From: a virus
Virus record (IMG/VR): IMGVR_UViG_3300032268_001411
Location: 11,594-75,593 of that record
DNA: 64,000 bases
Strand: one strand, 5' to 3'
Each line of letters starts with the position of its first letter. The first letter of the stretch is position 1. A program made the translations under genes and the position numbers. Shown here piece after piece: positions 10,017 through 19,962 of this stretch. The notes beneath the pieces are model-generated. The model was not told where the DNA came from. It did no database searches and saw only the letters and a list, made by a program, of their open reading frames with translations.

Positions 10017-10634
10017 ATGAAATACCTAAGTCAATATAAAGATTTTGATAACGAGTCTATATTACTAATAATAGATGTTCAAAAAAGTTTTAGTGAATTC
10101 TTCACAGATAATTACGTAAAGCAATTAAAAGAATATTGTAGGGATTTTGACAAAGTTTATCAGGTTTATGATAACCATGTAGAGGGTAAAAATCCAGATA
10201 AAGATTATCTTTATAAAAAAAATCCCCCTTCTCCAGTAAATGGTGATATATATAAGTTCCCAAAACAAGTCGATATTATTGAAAAAAGATATCGATATGA
10301 TGTCGAGATAGATTTTTTCAAAAAAGAATTAAGTTCCTCTATGTATAAGGAGATTAAATCTCGTGAAGAAAAAAACGATATAAAAGTTGGTGAATTTTTT
10401 GAAACCAAGAATGGTACGATATTGGTTTTTATAAACAATAATCATAATTGGTTTGAATGTCCAGTTAAACTTTTTAACTTACTTCAAGAATGGAAAGGAA
10501 AACAAGTTGTTATTGTTGGTGGTGCTGATAGAGAATGCCTTACAGATGTTGAGGTTACAGCAAAATCTTTAGGAGTAAAAGTTAGAAGAAACGATAACTA
10601 CATCTATTCTGCTCAACATTGTCCTATTAAGTAA
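10017..10634 (+). CDS. Isochorismatase/nicotinamidase-like cysteine hydrolase with CTS-like leader
   Basis: LLIIDVQKSF, D-x-H, VGGADRECL; likely start MKYLSQYKDFDNES. Confidence 0.65.
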   Translation: MKYLSQYKDFDNESILLIIDVQKSFSEFFTDNYVKQLKEYCRDFDKVYQVYDNHVEGKNPDKDYLYKKNPPSPVNGDIYKFPKQVDIIEKRYRYDVEIDFFKKELSSSMYKEIKSREEKNDIKVGEFFETKNGTILVFINNNHNWFECPVKLFNLLQEWKGKQVVIVGGADRECLTDVEVTAKSLGVKVRRNDNYIYSAQHCPIK

Positions 10635-11013
10635 GTCTACCAAACTGAGAATAAACATCTACATCAGCAAATTTTAGATTGACAAACATAATATCTTGAA
10701 ATCGCTCAGGATCCTGCACAAAAACAACATTTAAATTATAATTTATTTGAAAAAGTTCTGGGATGTATTGTTGAATTTGTTCGTTTATTTTTTCTTTAAC
10801 AAATTCAGCAGATACTTTTGTTTGATATAGTAAATCTAAGAGGTTGGCGCCAAAGTTTGGATCACCAAGAACTTCGCCTTGGTTTGTAAAAAGCATTACC
10901 TCGTATTTTTGTATTATTACATTGATTAACTCACTCTCATTTATTTCACCAATTGTATACCTTGGATGTCCTCTATATAGTATATAAAAATCTGTAAAAT
11001 CGAAAGCTGCCAT
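10627..11013 (-). CDS. Baseplate wedge subunit, gp25-like
   Basis: LFTNQGEVLGDPNFGANLLDLLY...IQQYIPE. Confidence 0.8.
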   Translation of the reverse strand: MAAFDFTDFYILYRGHPRYTIGEINESELINVIIQKYEVMLFTNQGEVLGDPNFGANLLDLLYQTKVSAEFVKEKINEQIQQYIPELFQINYNLNVVFVQDPERFQDIMFVNLKFADVDVYSQFGRLT

Positions 11014-11059
11014 TTTAGGAAAATAAATAATTTAGTCTATATATTAAATTACTATCCTA

Positions 11060-12037
11060 TTAGATAAATAATTCTCTAATTTTTCCGATAAGTGAAATCG
11101 ATAGCACAGTTGGGTCTAAACAAGTAGATAACATATTACCATAATTTGTTACTATATGTGTAACTTCGAATAATCTTTCGATTTTTACTTTTCTATTTTC
11201 TATACAATCTTCTACTAGTGGTTTACCCAAAAGAAAAAATATTTCATCGATTTTTTCAGCACCTAAATTATTTACAAAATGGTAAATATCCTCAAAAGTC
11301 TTAGAATTTGTGAAAATCAAATCATATAGATCATTTTTCGTTTTTAAATTTATCGTATTGCTAGTCTCTAATAATTTACCAGTTAATCTGAAGTTATCTA
11401 ATTCAACTAGAATCGATCTAAAATCTGGAAATTTCTTATTAACTATCTTTACTACTTCTTCTTTATTAATTTCAATTGACTCTTTCGGTGCAATTTCCTT
11501 TATAATTTTTTTAGCTATTTCAGTTTTTAAATATTTTTCCTCTTCTAAGTTTTGACAATCGAAATTGACTTCAACTAATCTTGAGCGAATTCCTTGAGAA
11601 ACCTTGTTTATATGATTTGTAGTGAAAATAAATCTGACATTTTTTGACGAATATTCTTCAATGTAGGCTTTGAGAGCATCTTGATATTGAATGGAAGTTC
11701 TTTCGAACTCATCTAAGAAGACATATTTTATACTGTCTACATTAATTTGTTCTGTCAAATCAAACCCCATATAAACCTTGGAACAAAAATCATCAATTTT
11801 TGAACGCAAAGTATCTATTGAGGTGTAAAAAGAAGAGTTTATTTCGATATGTGGACAATTTTTTAAATATTTACCAATCAAAATTCTAGCCAGTGTAGTT
11901 TTTCCCGTACCAAAATGTCCATAAAGAATAACGTTTTGATTCAAACCTGATTTGAACACATCTTTTATTCTGGGTAATAAAATTATGTCATCTAAATTCT
12001 TTGGGCGCCATCTCTCTGATAGTAAAAGTTGTTTCAT
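11060..12037 (-). CDS. Sliding clamp loader ATPase subunit (gp44/RFC-like)
   Basis: ERWRPKNLDD, GHFGTGKTT, FLDEFE, IRSR, FPDFR. Confidence 0.9.
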   Translation of the reverse strand: MKQLLLSERWRPKNLDDIILLPRIKDVFKSGLNQNVILYGHFGTGKTTLARILIGKYLKNCPHIEINSSFYTSIDTLRSKIDDFCSKVYMGFDLTEQINVDSIKYVFLDEFERTSIQYQDALKAYIEEYSSKNVRFIFTTNHINKVSQGIRSRLVEVNFDCQNLEEEKYLKTEIAKKIIKEIAPKESIEINKEEVVKIVNKKFPDFRSILVELDNFRLTGKLLETSNTINLKTKNDLYDLIFTNSKTFEDIYHFVNNLGAEKIDEIFFLLGKPLVEDCIENRKVKIERLFEVTHIVTNYGNMLSTCLDPTVLSISLIGKIRELFI

Positions 12038-12134
12038 GATAATTTTTTAGTTTATAATTAAATTATTGAAGGAAGTTCTTGAATAATTATATATACAAAA
12101 AGATTAAAAAATCTAAATTATTTTAAAAAAATTT

Positions 12135-13064
12135 ATGATAGGAGAAAAATTTAATTACCAAGATACCTTTTTTAGAGATTTAACTCTCTGCGTTTTAGAC
12201 ACTTTAGAGGGCGAAATTAGATGGGTGAATAGATTTTCTTCAGGTGATAGAGAAGTTAATGTTCCTTTTTATTATTCACTAACCGGTGACGAAAGATTTT
12301 TAATGGACTCTTTCAATGACGACATAGTGAATAGCAACAGATTTGTTGATGTTAACACAGATCAGATACCAAGAGCTCACTTAACTATGACCGGATTCGA
12401 CATTCGTTCCGATGAATTTTCTAATCCAAATGTTTGGTTAAGAATGGTTGTAGAAAATAACGACGAAATTAGAAGAGTTTTAGCCAAGATTAGAGCAGTT
12501 CCAGTAACAGTAAAATATGATATGTCAATATTACTCTCTTCTGAGATTGATATCTTCAAATGTAATCAAGCTATAATGGATACACTTTGGTTATATAGGT
12601 TTATGTATTTCGAATATAATTTCATGAATATTGATGCTGTTATGTTGATACCTGATGGGTCACAAGTAGAAATACAAAGAGAAAAAAGTCTAACATCTGA
12701 TAACACTTTGAAGATAACTCTAAGCTTTGAAGTTCAAACTTACTATCCTGCTTTTAGAAAACCAAATTTGAGAGATTTACAATCTGGTCAATTTTTTGGT
12801 AACTACCCTTGGTCAAATGTAAATTCTTCTTTATCAAATAGATATAATGATAATGGAACACCAGGAACTAATGGTCCCAGTTCAACAGTGACAGGTCCGA
12901 ATGGACAGCCACTAAGTAGTACATCAAATAATGATGGTAGAACAGACCTTATATTTTCACCTAAACGAACAAGATGGTATTTAAATTTACTTGAAGTTAC
13001 CGGGAGAGGTACTGCAAGAGAAACTAACGAAAATAATGATAATGATATAAATTCACAAAATTGA
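12135..13064 (+). CDS. Tail sheath stabilizer/terminator protein, gp15-like
   Basis: VNVPFYY...ERF, IPRAHLTMTG, VPVTVKYDMSI, LSFEVQTYYP. Confidence 0.65.
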   Translation: MIGEKFNYQDTFFRDLTLCVLDTLEGEIRWVNRFSSGDREVNVPFYYSLTGDERFLMDSFNDDIVNSNRFVDVNTDQIPRAHLTMTGFDIRSDEFSNPNVWLRMVVENNDEIRRVLAKIRAVPVTVKYDMSILLSSEIDIFKCNQAIMDTLWLYRFMYFEYNFMNIDAVMLIPDGSQVEIQREKSLTSDNTLKITLSFEVQTYYPAFRKPNLRDLQSGQFFGNYPWSNVNSSLSNRYNDNGTPGTNGPSSTVTGPNGQPLSSTSNNDGRTDLIFSPKRTRWYLNLLEVTGRGTARETNENNDNDINSQN

Positions 13065-13151
13065 ATTTAATATATAGTAATAATAAATACAAAAAGTGAA
13101 AAAAATGACTTTTTGTATATAATATATACATTAAAAATAATGATAGTTAAT

Positions 13152-14435
13152 ATGAAGAATCTCAAATTAGAGTTATTCAACTTTAGAAAAGGTTTATCGG
13201 TAGATCAAGAAGATATATCTGTTATTTTAGAAAGTCACTTACATGCTTGTAAAGATTACTCTGAAAAAACAATTATCGATTCACTTAATGAAAAGTTGAA
13301 AATTTATACTTTTGATAGAAGTATCAAGAAATTTTTAGAAAGTTTGAATAATGATGTATCAGAATATCAACTTATATATGAGCTAAAACATCTTTATAAT
13401 GTTTTAAATTCTAAAAATCAAGGTGAGGTTCTCAGACAACCAATCAATGTACTTTTACAAACAATAAATCTTGAATCAGATCAAGATAAAATGTCTAAAA
13501 TCTTGAATGAACTTGCGGTTTATGATTGGGTACCTGAAATCAAACTTTTTGTTTATAACTTAACAAAGTCACCACAACAAAAACAGAATCTACTCTCTGG
13601 TGGTAAAGCAGAAGCAGTTTACACAATTGTTGAAAGAGTAGAAAATGGTTATCTTTGTCATATCAAAGATTCTTGGTTCCTTTTAGCTGACAATACAATC
13701 GAAAAAACTTTATTAGAAGCACACGTACCAGATGATCAAAAACTCAGAACACTAAGAACTTTAGAAACTGCTATGAAGTTTGCTTCTATTAACGAAGATA
13801 GAGTTAATTTCAGAATTTCAGAAAATTTAACTATCGGACTTTCAGTAAATAAAAAAGGAGTTCTCTTCATCAATGATGACGAGATGAACAAAGAAACTAC
13901 ATTAGAAAGCCTTTTCGCTTCCCCAATTATTCCTATCGTTAACAAGAATTTTTATCCTGTTCTACTTGAAACATCAAACAATTTAAATAAAATCGTAGAA
14001 CTAGACGTAGTAAAAAGAGTATCAAATTTAATCAATCCTTTCTTAGAAGCATTTGCATTTAATTATAAGAATAATTGTTATATGTATAGATGTGATTCAA
14101 GATATGGAAACAGCTTCTATAAATATGAGTCGGCGATACAATTGGTGAATGAAGCTAAAAATGAATTGAATTATGACCTTACTTATTTTTATGAAAATAA
14201 ATTATCAAAAGAAGTAGTAACTAAAAGAAAATTAGAAGACAAAGAAAGAGAAATAACTATTAAATTAGAAGATGTAAATTTCAACATCGAAAAAGTAGAA
14301 TCGTCAATTAAATATATCGGTGAATCAAAAGCTTTATCAGTTGCTTTAGATAATCTTAAAAAGAGAAAGAAACATTTAGACAGTGAGATTATGGCAATCA
14401 AAGAATTACAATATAAAGAAAGAACAAGACATTAA
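13152..14435 (+). CDS. Hypothetical late protein with C-terminal coiled coil
   Basis: Long ORF behind TAATATATA motifs. Confidence 0.7.
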   Translation: MKNLKLELFNFRKGLSVDQEDISVILESHLHACKDYSEKTIIDSLNEKLKIYTFDRSIKKFLESLNNDVSEYQLIYELKHLYNVLNSKNQGEVLRQPINVLLQTINLESDQDKMSKILNELAVYDWVPEIKLFVYNLTKSPQQKQNLLSGGKAEAVYTIVERVENGYLCHIKDSWFLLADNTIEKTLLEAHVPDDQKLRTLRTLETAMKFASINEDRVNFRISENLTIGLSVNKKGVLFINDDEMNKETTLESLFASPIIPIVNKNFYPVLLETSNNLNKIVELDVVKRVSNLINPFLEAFAFNYKNNCYMYRCDSRYGNSFYKYESAIQLVNEAKNELNYDLTYFYENKLSKEVVTKRKLEDKEREITIKLEDVNFNIEKVESSIKYIGESKALSVALDNLKKRKKHLDSEIMAIKELQYKERTRH

Positions 14436-14438
14436 AAT

Positions 14439-14470
14439 AAAAGTCCTCAACTTAAGTTGAGGACTTTTTT
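14439..14470. terminator. Bidirectional intrinsic terminator
   Basis: AAAAGTCCTCAACT-AGTTGAGGACTTTT between convergent genes. Confidence 0.8.
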
Positions 14471-15108
14471 ATAAATCCAATTTTTCTAAATTTCTTTCCC
14501 TAATTAGAAGTTTAAACTCAGAAATTAAATTATTTTTACTTGATGCTGCACCTATAGTTCTGAAATTCTCACCATCAAAAGTAACAAAGTATTTGATAGC
14601 TCTGAAGAAACCGAATTTAATAATATTTCTCTCGAATGGAATAACACAATCATCTATATTAATTTCTTCAATTGAAATAATTCTATCAGTATCTATATGA
14701 ACTACTTTGTCTTTATATTGTAATAATAATCTATCATATAGAATTGAACAATATTCATAAATCAGAGCTACTACTGAATGATGTGATTTATTTGATGCAA
14801 ATCTTCCATATAATGAATTTATCTGAGTTCTTCTAATATCATACTCAGACTTATTAGTTTCTTTCAATCGCTCTCTATCCTCAAGAAAATATTTAATTAT
14901 ACTATATTCATCTTCTACATCGATTAGACCTTCTTCATGTAATAAACAAATAATTCTTGGATATAATAAAGAAAAATCTAATTGATGTAAATTTTCTAAT
15001 AATTTGTCTTGATGCTCAGAATTTATCCATTTATATCCACCAATGTAATAATGACCTTCTTTCAGAAAGTTCTGATAATCTTTCTCTTATTTCATTAGTT
15101 ATTCTCAT
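14469..15108 (-). pseudogene. Miniature PolB palm/fingers-like gene with an apparent frameshift near 15060
   Basis: One frame holds IGGY..LDFSLLYP (motif A), RTQINSLYG (B) and IDTD (C); the candidate ATG at 15108 is one base out of frame. Confidence 0.6.
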
Positions 15109-15466
15109 TGAAAACCTCAATTTTAGTATTTACTTCAATTAATTCCGACCAAGTTCCTTTATAAGTTGTTGCTTTTACTGGTCTATTATCTATCCAATGA
15201 TAGACTTGTCCGTCTTTACATCTTGGTTTATCCATAACTAAGCCATGATATTTGAACCCCTTTTCTGATAGCCATTTCTCAGTAACTTCTCTATCTTTTG
15301 ATTCACGAGCGGTAAAAAAAGTAATAACATTACCCTCATCATACCACTTATTCAATATAAGTCTACTTTCTTCAAAGTGATTTGCTGTTGCATATAAATG
15401 ACTATCTTCATTTCTTATATCGTCACAAATCGTACCATCACAATCAATCAAAAATATTTTATTCAT
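15095..15466 (-). CDS. Small HAD-family phosphatase
   Basis: IDCDGTI, FTAR, MDKP, WIDN. Confidence 0.8.
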   Translation of the reverse strand: MNKIFLIDCDGTICDDIRNEDSHLYATANHFEESRLILNKWYDEGNVITFFTARESKDREVTEKWLSEKGFKYHGLVMDKPRCKDGQVYHWIDNRPVKATTYKGTWSELIEVNTKIEVFNENN

Positions 15467-15507
15467 TAATTTATTTTTTCAATTATATAATTTAGATTGA
15501 ATCAGGT

Positions 15508-17295
15508 TTATCTTTTGAATACCCATTTTTCTTGACCACAAGAATAAACTCTGTAATAACCAATCTCTTGTAAAATTTGCGATTCTGATTTATTTTTATC
15601 ATATCCCATTTTAATCAATCTTTTCTTATTAAAATTGAATCTATGTTTTCTTATACCATCAACTATCCAAAAATAATTAGGTTTAGAAAGACTCACTTTT
15701 TTGAAACCCAATTTCTGATATAAGTTACCACTGAATAATGATATGTCAGAATAAGAAATTATCTCATTCACTTCATAGTTTTTAAGAAAGTGTGAAAATA
15801 ATTTAGAGGCAGCACCAATTACATTATAATTTATCCTATTGCAAAATCTAATTAGCTCATATTCCCTTTTAGAGTTTGTAAACCTCCAACCAAATGTCAT
15901 TAGACTAACTAATTCATTATTAAAGTATAACCCAAGTTTAAGTTGAGAAGGACTTGAGCCTTGTATATGATTACTATTTAGAAATTGTGAAGAATCATTA
16001 GAATCTACTAACTTTATCTCACATTTCCTAGCATAAATTTTATTATCTAGGAGATTTAATTTGTTTAAGATTATTGATTTAGTTATATCCCTTTTATATT
16101 TCCAATCGTCTTCCCAAATATGCAGAAGATGTATATCTTTTTCTTTACATTTAAATGTCTTATCTCTATGATAATATTTATCTAAATAAATTTCTGAGTG
16201 CCAATAAACACCATTCATTTCAATAGCCAATTTATAATCAGGTAAATAAATGTCTAATTCTTTACCTTCTAAAATACTCCTATCTTTTTTATTGTAGCTT
16301 AAATTCAATGAATTTAAAAAATCTTGTATCTCTAATTCCATATTTGAGTGTCCAAGGTTAATGTCTAAACATTTTGTACATATACAAATTTTCAAATTGT
16401 GTCTTGAATATAGTAAATCTCTATTAATTTTGAAATTACGGCTACACTCTTTATGGAATATTTCAAAATTTGAGTTCCGATAATCAATAATCTCAAAACC
16501 TTCACCTATCAAGTTTTCATATCTTAACTTGGTAAGATTCTCTCTATTATTTCTTAGTTTATTCTTAAATTCTTCTGTTTTTGAATAGTGTTCTACACCC
16601 CAATTTTCGATAGAAGTTTCCTTGACTTTCTCTCTATATTCTAATGACTGAGAGTAATTATCTACACCCCATCTACTTTGAGATATTTCTTTGATTTTAG
16701 ATTTGAATTCTGTTGTTTGTGAATATCTTTTCACACCATAGTTATCCAAAAAAGACTTAGTAGTCTTTTCTTTTATGTCTATATTTTGTTGTGGATACTC
16801 TACACCAAACTTTTCTAAATTTGATTTTTTAATTTTTTCTTTGTGTGTTGTAGATTTGAAAGTATTATCTACACCGAAGTTTTTTAGACATGTATTCTTA
16901 TATTTCTCTTTGAATTCTTCAGTTTTTGAAAAATGATCGACACCATAGGTATCCAACAGACTATTTTTAAGTTTATCTTTTATTTCTTCTGATTGCATTG
17001 GGTTTTCAACACCCCATTTTTCTAAACAGGTTTCCTTACGTTTGATATTATTACATTTGTTACAAAAGTATTTTTCTTTTAAACCCTCTGTATATTCATA
17101 GTAGAATCTGAATTCATTGCTCTTTTCCACACCGCAATTATCACATATTGATGTGATAATTGTGGTAGATCCGGGCATTAAATCTTCAATTTTTACCTGT
17201 ATTGGTTTTTTGAATTGTATATCATATCCCTTTCTTTTGAAATGTTCAAAATTAGTCCTATGACCCCTAATTTCTATATAGATTTCTTTTATCAT
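15508..17295 (-). CDS. Hef-like putative homing endonuclease (KxGV repeats, Vsr-like nuclease, GNAT-like C-terminus)
   Basis: KWGVEN/YGVDH repeats; ELDIYLP..AIEMNGVYWH...IWEDDW; YELIRFC..GAASKLF..GNLYQKLGF. Confidence 0.75.
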   Translation of the reverse strand: MIKEIYIEIRGHRTNFEHFKRKGYDIQFKKPIQVKIEDLMPGSTTIITSICDNCGVEKSNEFRFYYEYTEGLKEKYFCNKCNNIKRKETCLEKWGVENPMQSEEIKDKLKNSLLDTYGVDHFSKTEEFKEKYKNTCLKNFGVDNTFKSTTHKEKIKKSNLEKFGVEYPQQNIDIKEKTTKSFLDNYGVKRYSQTTEFKSKIKEISQSRWGVDNYSQSLEYREKVKETSIENWGVEHYSKTEEFKNKLRNNRENLTKLRYENLIGEGFEIIDYRNSNFEIFHKECSRNFKINRDLLYSRHNLKICICTKCLDINLGHSNMELEIQDFLNSLNLSYNKKDRSILEGKELDIYLPDYKLAIEMNGVYWHSEIYLDKYYHRDKTFKCKEKDIHLLHIWEDDWKYKRDITKSIILNKLNLLDNKIYARKCEIKLVDSNDSSQFLNSNHIQGSSPSQLKLGLYFNNELVSLMTFGWRFTNSKREYELIRFCNRINYNVIGAASKLFSHFLKNYEVNEIISYSDISLFSGNLYQKLGFKKVSLSKPNYFWIVDGIRKHRFNFNKKRLIKMGYDKNKSESQILQEIGYYRVYSCGQEKWVFKR

Positions 17296-17334
17296 ATAAT
17301 CTATATATTAGAATTTCAAACGAAGTTTTGCCAA

Positions 17335-17700
17335 TTAAATAGAATGTAAACCCTGTCCATCATTCGAACTCTCAATAGAAATAAGGCGAATAAGATGTTC
17401 AGCATCGCCTTTTTTCTTATATAAGTCGTTGTAACCCTTTGCTAATCCCCTCTTGAATATCTCTGTGAAGTAAGCGAAAGCGTTGTCAGATTTTTCTTCA
17501 TTAAAGTTGTACCAGCTTGAGAACATATGTAAGAGACCGGTTTGATAGCAATCCATTCTATCATCGTTATTATAGTATCTCATTTTCTTGATTGTTCTTT
17601 TGGCTAAAATTTCAAGCATCAATTTTGATTTATTGGTAAGTTTACCTTGAGCTTTACTGATTATTATTTCGACATATAAGTCTTTATTATGTAAGTAGAT
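17335..17700 (-). CDS. Late-transcription sigma factor, gp55-like; probable non-ATG start
   Basis: IYLHNKDLY...DDRMDC...YNFNEEKSDNAFAYFTEIFKR; the frame extends to ATC at 17700 with no in-frame ATG. Confidence 0.8.
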   Translation of the reverse strand: MYLHNKDLYVEIIISKAQGKLTNKSKLMLEILAKRTIKKMRYYNNDDRMDCYQTGLLHMFSSWYNFNEEKSDNAFAYFTEIFKRGLAKGYNDLYKKKGDAEHLIRLISIESSNDGQGLHSI

Positions 17701-17873
17701 AAGGTTAAAATTATTTTTTATAGGAAAATTTAAATCCTTTTTCTTTCATGTTATATCGTACATTTTTTATTTGTTTATCTTTGTTTTAAAAATTTATATA
17801 TTTGTAAAAATATCTTTTTAAGATTACAACCTTTCGTTGATTTATAAATATTACTTTTACTAAATTTAAATAT

Positions 17874-18191
17874 ATGAAAAAAGTTTTTGCACAAATTTGG
17901 GAAGAATCTGAACTAGGGCAGGGCACAAAAGAAGATGGGATATCACTACATTTAACATTCGATAATGCTAAAAATTACATTAAATCTGTTTACAAAGATA
18001 GAGATTCTGTAGAAGTACCCAATTCATACGAAAGAGTTGTTGGTGAAATAATTGAAATCAAGATTTCGAATTCACTATACAAAGAATTAAATAAAACTAA
18101 ATTGGGAATTAGGATTCCACAGCATTCCTTAACGAATCTTAAAAATTTGGGAGAGATAAAATTTATTTATGATGACAATCTTTACTACTAG
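17874..18191 (+). CDS. Hypothetical protein
   Basis: 105-aa ORF; WEESE.G.G...DG.SLH. Confidence 0.7.
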   Translation: MKKVFAQIWEESELGQGTKEDGISLHLTFDNAKNYIKSVYKDRDSVEVPNSYERVVGEIIEIKISNSLYKELNKTKLGIRIPQHSLTNLKNLGEIKFIYDDNLYY

Positions 18192-18534
18192 TCTTTTTAA
18201 TCTATTAATCCTACTTTTTATTTGGGTTGAAATATTTGGATTCCTTAATAGGGGTAGAGTTTATAGAAAATTTGATTTTCAAGAAATTGAAAATTATAAT
18301 CCAAAACTCTACCTGTTTTTTTACGCTTCAAAAATTACATATTTAATTTTTATACTAATAGGGTTCTTCACAAACTATTACATCTATTCTATTATACTTT
18401 TCTCTTTAGGATTTTTCAGATATTTTGCCATTAGGACAAAAAAGAATATCCTTATAAATCTTTATGATTTTTTGAATCCATTTATCAGTAGTATAATACT
18501 GATTATTATTTTGTGCCAAGAATTTTTTCGGTAA
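18169..18534 (+). CDS. Hypothetical membrane protein
   Basis: Several hydrophobic segments. Confidence 0.65.
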   Translation: MMTIFTTSLFNLLILLFIWVEIFGFLNRGRVYRKFDFQEIENYNPKLYLFFYASKITYLIFILIGFFTNYYIYSIILFSLGFFRYFAIRTKKNILINLYDFLNPFISSIILIIILCQEFFR

Positions 18535-19015
18535 TTATTATAAACTCAAATCCCTTTCTTTGGCAATAGTCAATCATATAACTCCATTTACTTAAATTTT
18601 TGTTATACATTTTCAGTGCATATTCAAAGTTCTTCAACTGTTTAGCACTTGGATTCGGTTTTAATACTGGCTCAACTGTTTCTGAGTATGGCTTTACCTC
18701 AGCTACAACTTTTGAGATAGATCCATCCTCTCTTTTTAATTCATAATAAAAATCTGGATAGTATGTGTGATCAGTTGTTTTATATTCTTGTGATTCTGAA
18801 ACCCATTCAGTTTTAGAGTAGGGTATTTTAAGATGTTCCGCTGCCCAATTTATAATCTTAGAATTGTTATCTAAGTAAATCATCATTTTCTGTTCCAAAC
18901 CAGAACGATAATATAGACCACCTTGAGAATTTAGTTTTATTACTTTATCTTTATTTACTGGTGTAAATAAACCCTGGTGGTACCTGTTTGATTGTTTCGG
19001 AGCGCTATTCAACAT
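18506..19015 (-). CDS. Head completion nuclease, gp4-like
   Basis: YRSGLE..YLDNN..WAAE.LKIPY..YYPDF..EVKP..K..ITE. Confidence 0.85.
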   Translation of the reverse strand: MLNSAPKQSNRYHQGLFTPVNKDKVIKLNSQGGLYYRSGLEQKMMIYLDNNSKIINWAAEHLKIPYSKTEWVSESQEYKTTDHTYYPDFYYELKREDGSISKVVAEVKPYSETVEPVLKPNPSAKQLKNFEYALKMYNKNLSKWSYMIDYCQRKGFEFIIITEKILGTK

Positions 19016-19061
19016 ATTTCAGTATCTATTTTTAAATATATATCTAAAAAATAGGTTTCGA

Positions 19062-19751
19062 ATGGGAGAATTATTAGAAAGATCAAAACTTGGTGAATTG
19101 GTATATGGTGCTGGACTATTGGAAAACTACAAAAATAATTCACTATATTTTTTTAGCAAGTTCAAGGAGTCCGATAAATTTGTGACTAGTATCAATCCGA
19201 AGAATATTCAACCAGGCGGGTTTTATTTCTTTCATTACAAGGATGACTCGAATTGGATGAAGTACTCACCATTATTTGTAATTGATTTTAAGAAATTTAG
19301 CAATATACTTCTGGTATATGCCATAAATCTAAACTTCTTACCAATTGAGCTAAGATTTACTATATTTGATAAATTCATAACCGAAGACGATTTAGATAAA
19401 GATAGACTTCTTGATGTTGATTTTGACGGTGTTTATAAGGAACTAAGAAGTTTGGGATTTGAATACGCAATAGTGGAGTACAATTTTGCACAAATCAAAC
19501 TCTGTCATAAAATAAATATGGAACTTAGTCCAAGATTCCTATACTCCGGACATCCAATCAATAAATATGATCCAAAAAAACTATATTCAATTTGGCAAGC
19601 TAAACTCGAACACAGGACTGAGAGAGATAGCGAGATGTCCACATTGCTTGTCAATGATTTTCTAAAAATGAAAGACGAAGCCTATCAGGAGTTATCAGCA
19701 CTCAAAGGACACGTAGAAAGATTGAGAAGATCAATTAGTAAATATGGATAA
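19062..19751 (+). CDS. DNA end protector protein, gp2-like
   Basis: PGGFYFFHY...PLFV...AINLNFLP.ELR; adjacent to gp4. Confidence 0.65.
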   Translation: MGELLERSKLGELVYGAGLLENYKNNSLYFFSKFKESDKFVTSINPKNIQPGGFYFFHYKDDSNWMKYSPLFVIDFKKFSNILLVYAINLNFLPIELRFTIFDKFITEDDLDKDRLLDVDFDGVYKELRSLGFEYAIVEYNFAQIKLCHKINMELSPRFLYSGHPINKYDPKKLYSIWQAKLEHRTERDSEMSTLLVNDFLKMKDEAYQELSALKGHVERLRRSISKYG

Positions 19752-19803
19752 AAATAGTGAAAAATATAGAAATGGGACAGGTATATTTTATATATAGTCA
19801 AGT

Positions 19804-19959
19804 ATGAAAGCTAAAGAAGTTTTAGAAAAATATAAAATTACCAGAAGAACCCTTACAAATTGGGTTAAAAGAGGTGTAATTAAAGTCGAGAAAACACCAT
19901 CTGGTAGATATATCTACTTTGATGGAGTAGATAATATTGGAAAAATTGAATCAGAATAA
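19804..19959 (+). CDS. 51-aa MerR/IS607-type helix-turn-helix protein
   Basis: Not in the ORF track; MKAKEVLEKYKITRRTLTNWVKRGVIKVEKTPSGRYIY; stops 3 nt before the portal ATG. Confidence 0.75.
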   Translation: MKAKEVLEKYKITRRTLTNWVKRGVIKVEKTPSGRYIYFDGVDNIGKIESE

Positions 19960-19962
19960 AAT

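Noticed and set aside
14469-15108. Mini-PolB as the missing C-terminal half of the split polymerase
   Set aside because: It has its own motif A, lacks the motif B Lys and a thumb, and is far too short
19804-19959. Complete IS607 element
   Set aside because: No recombinase catalytic domain, TnpB or element ends
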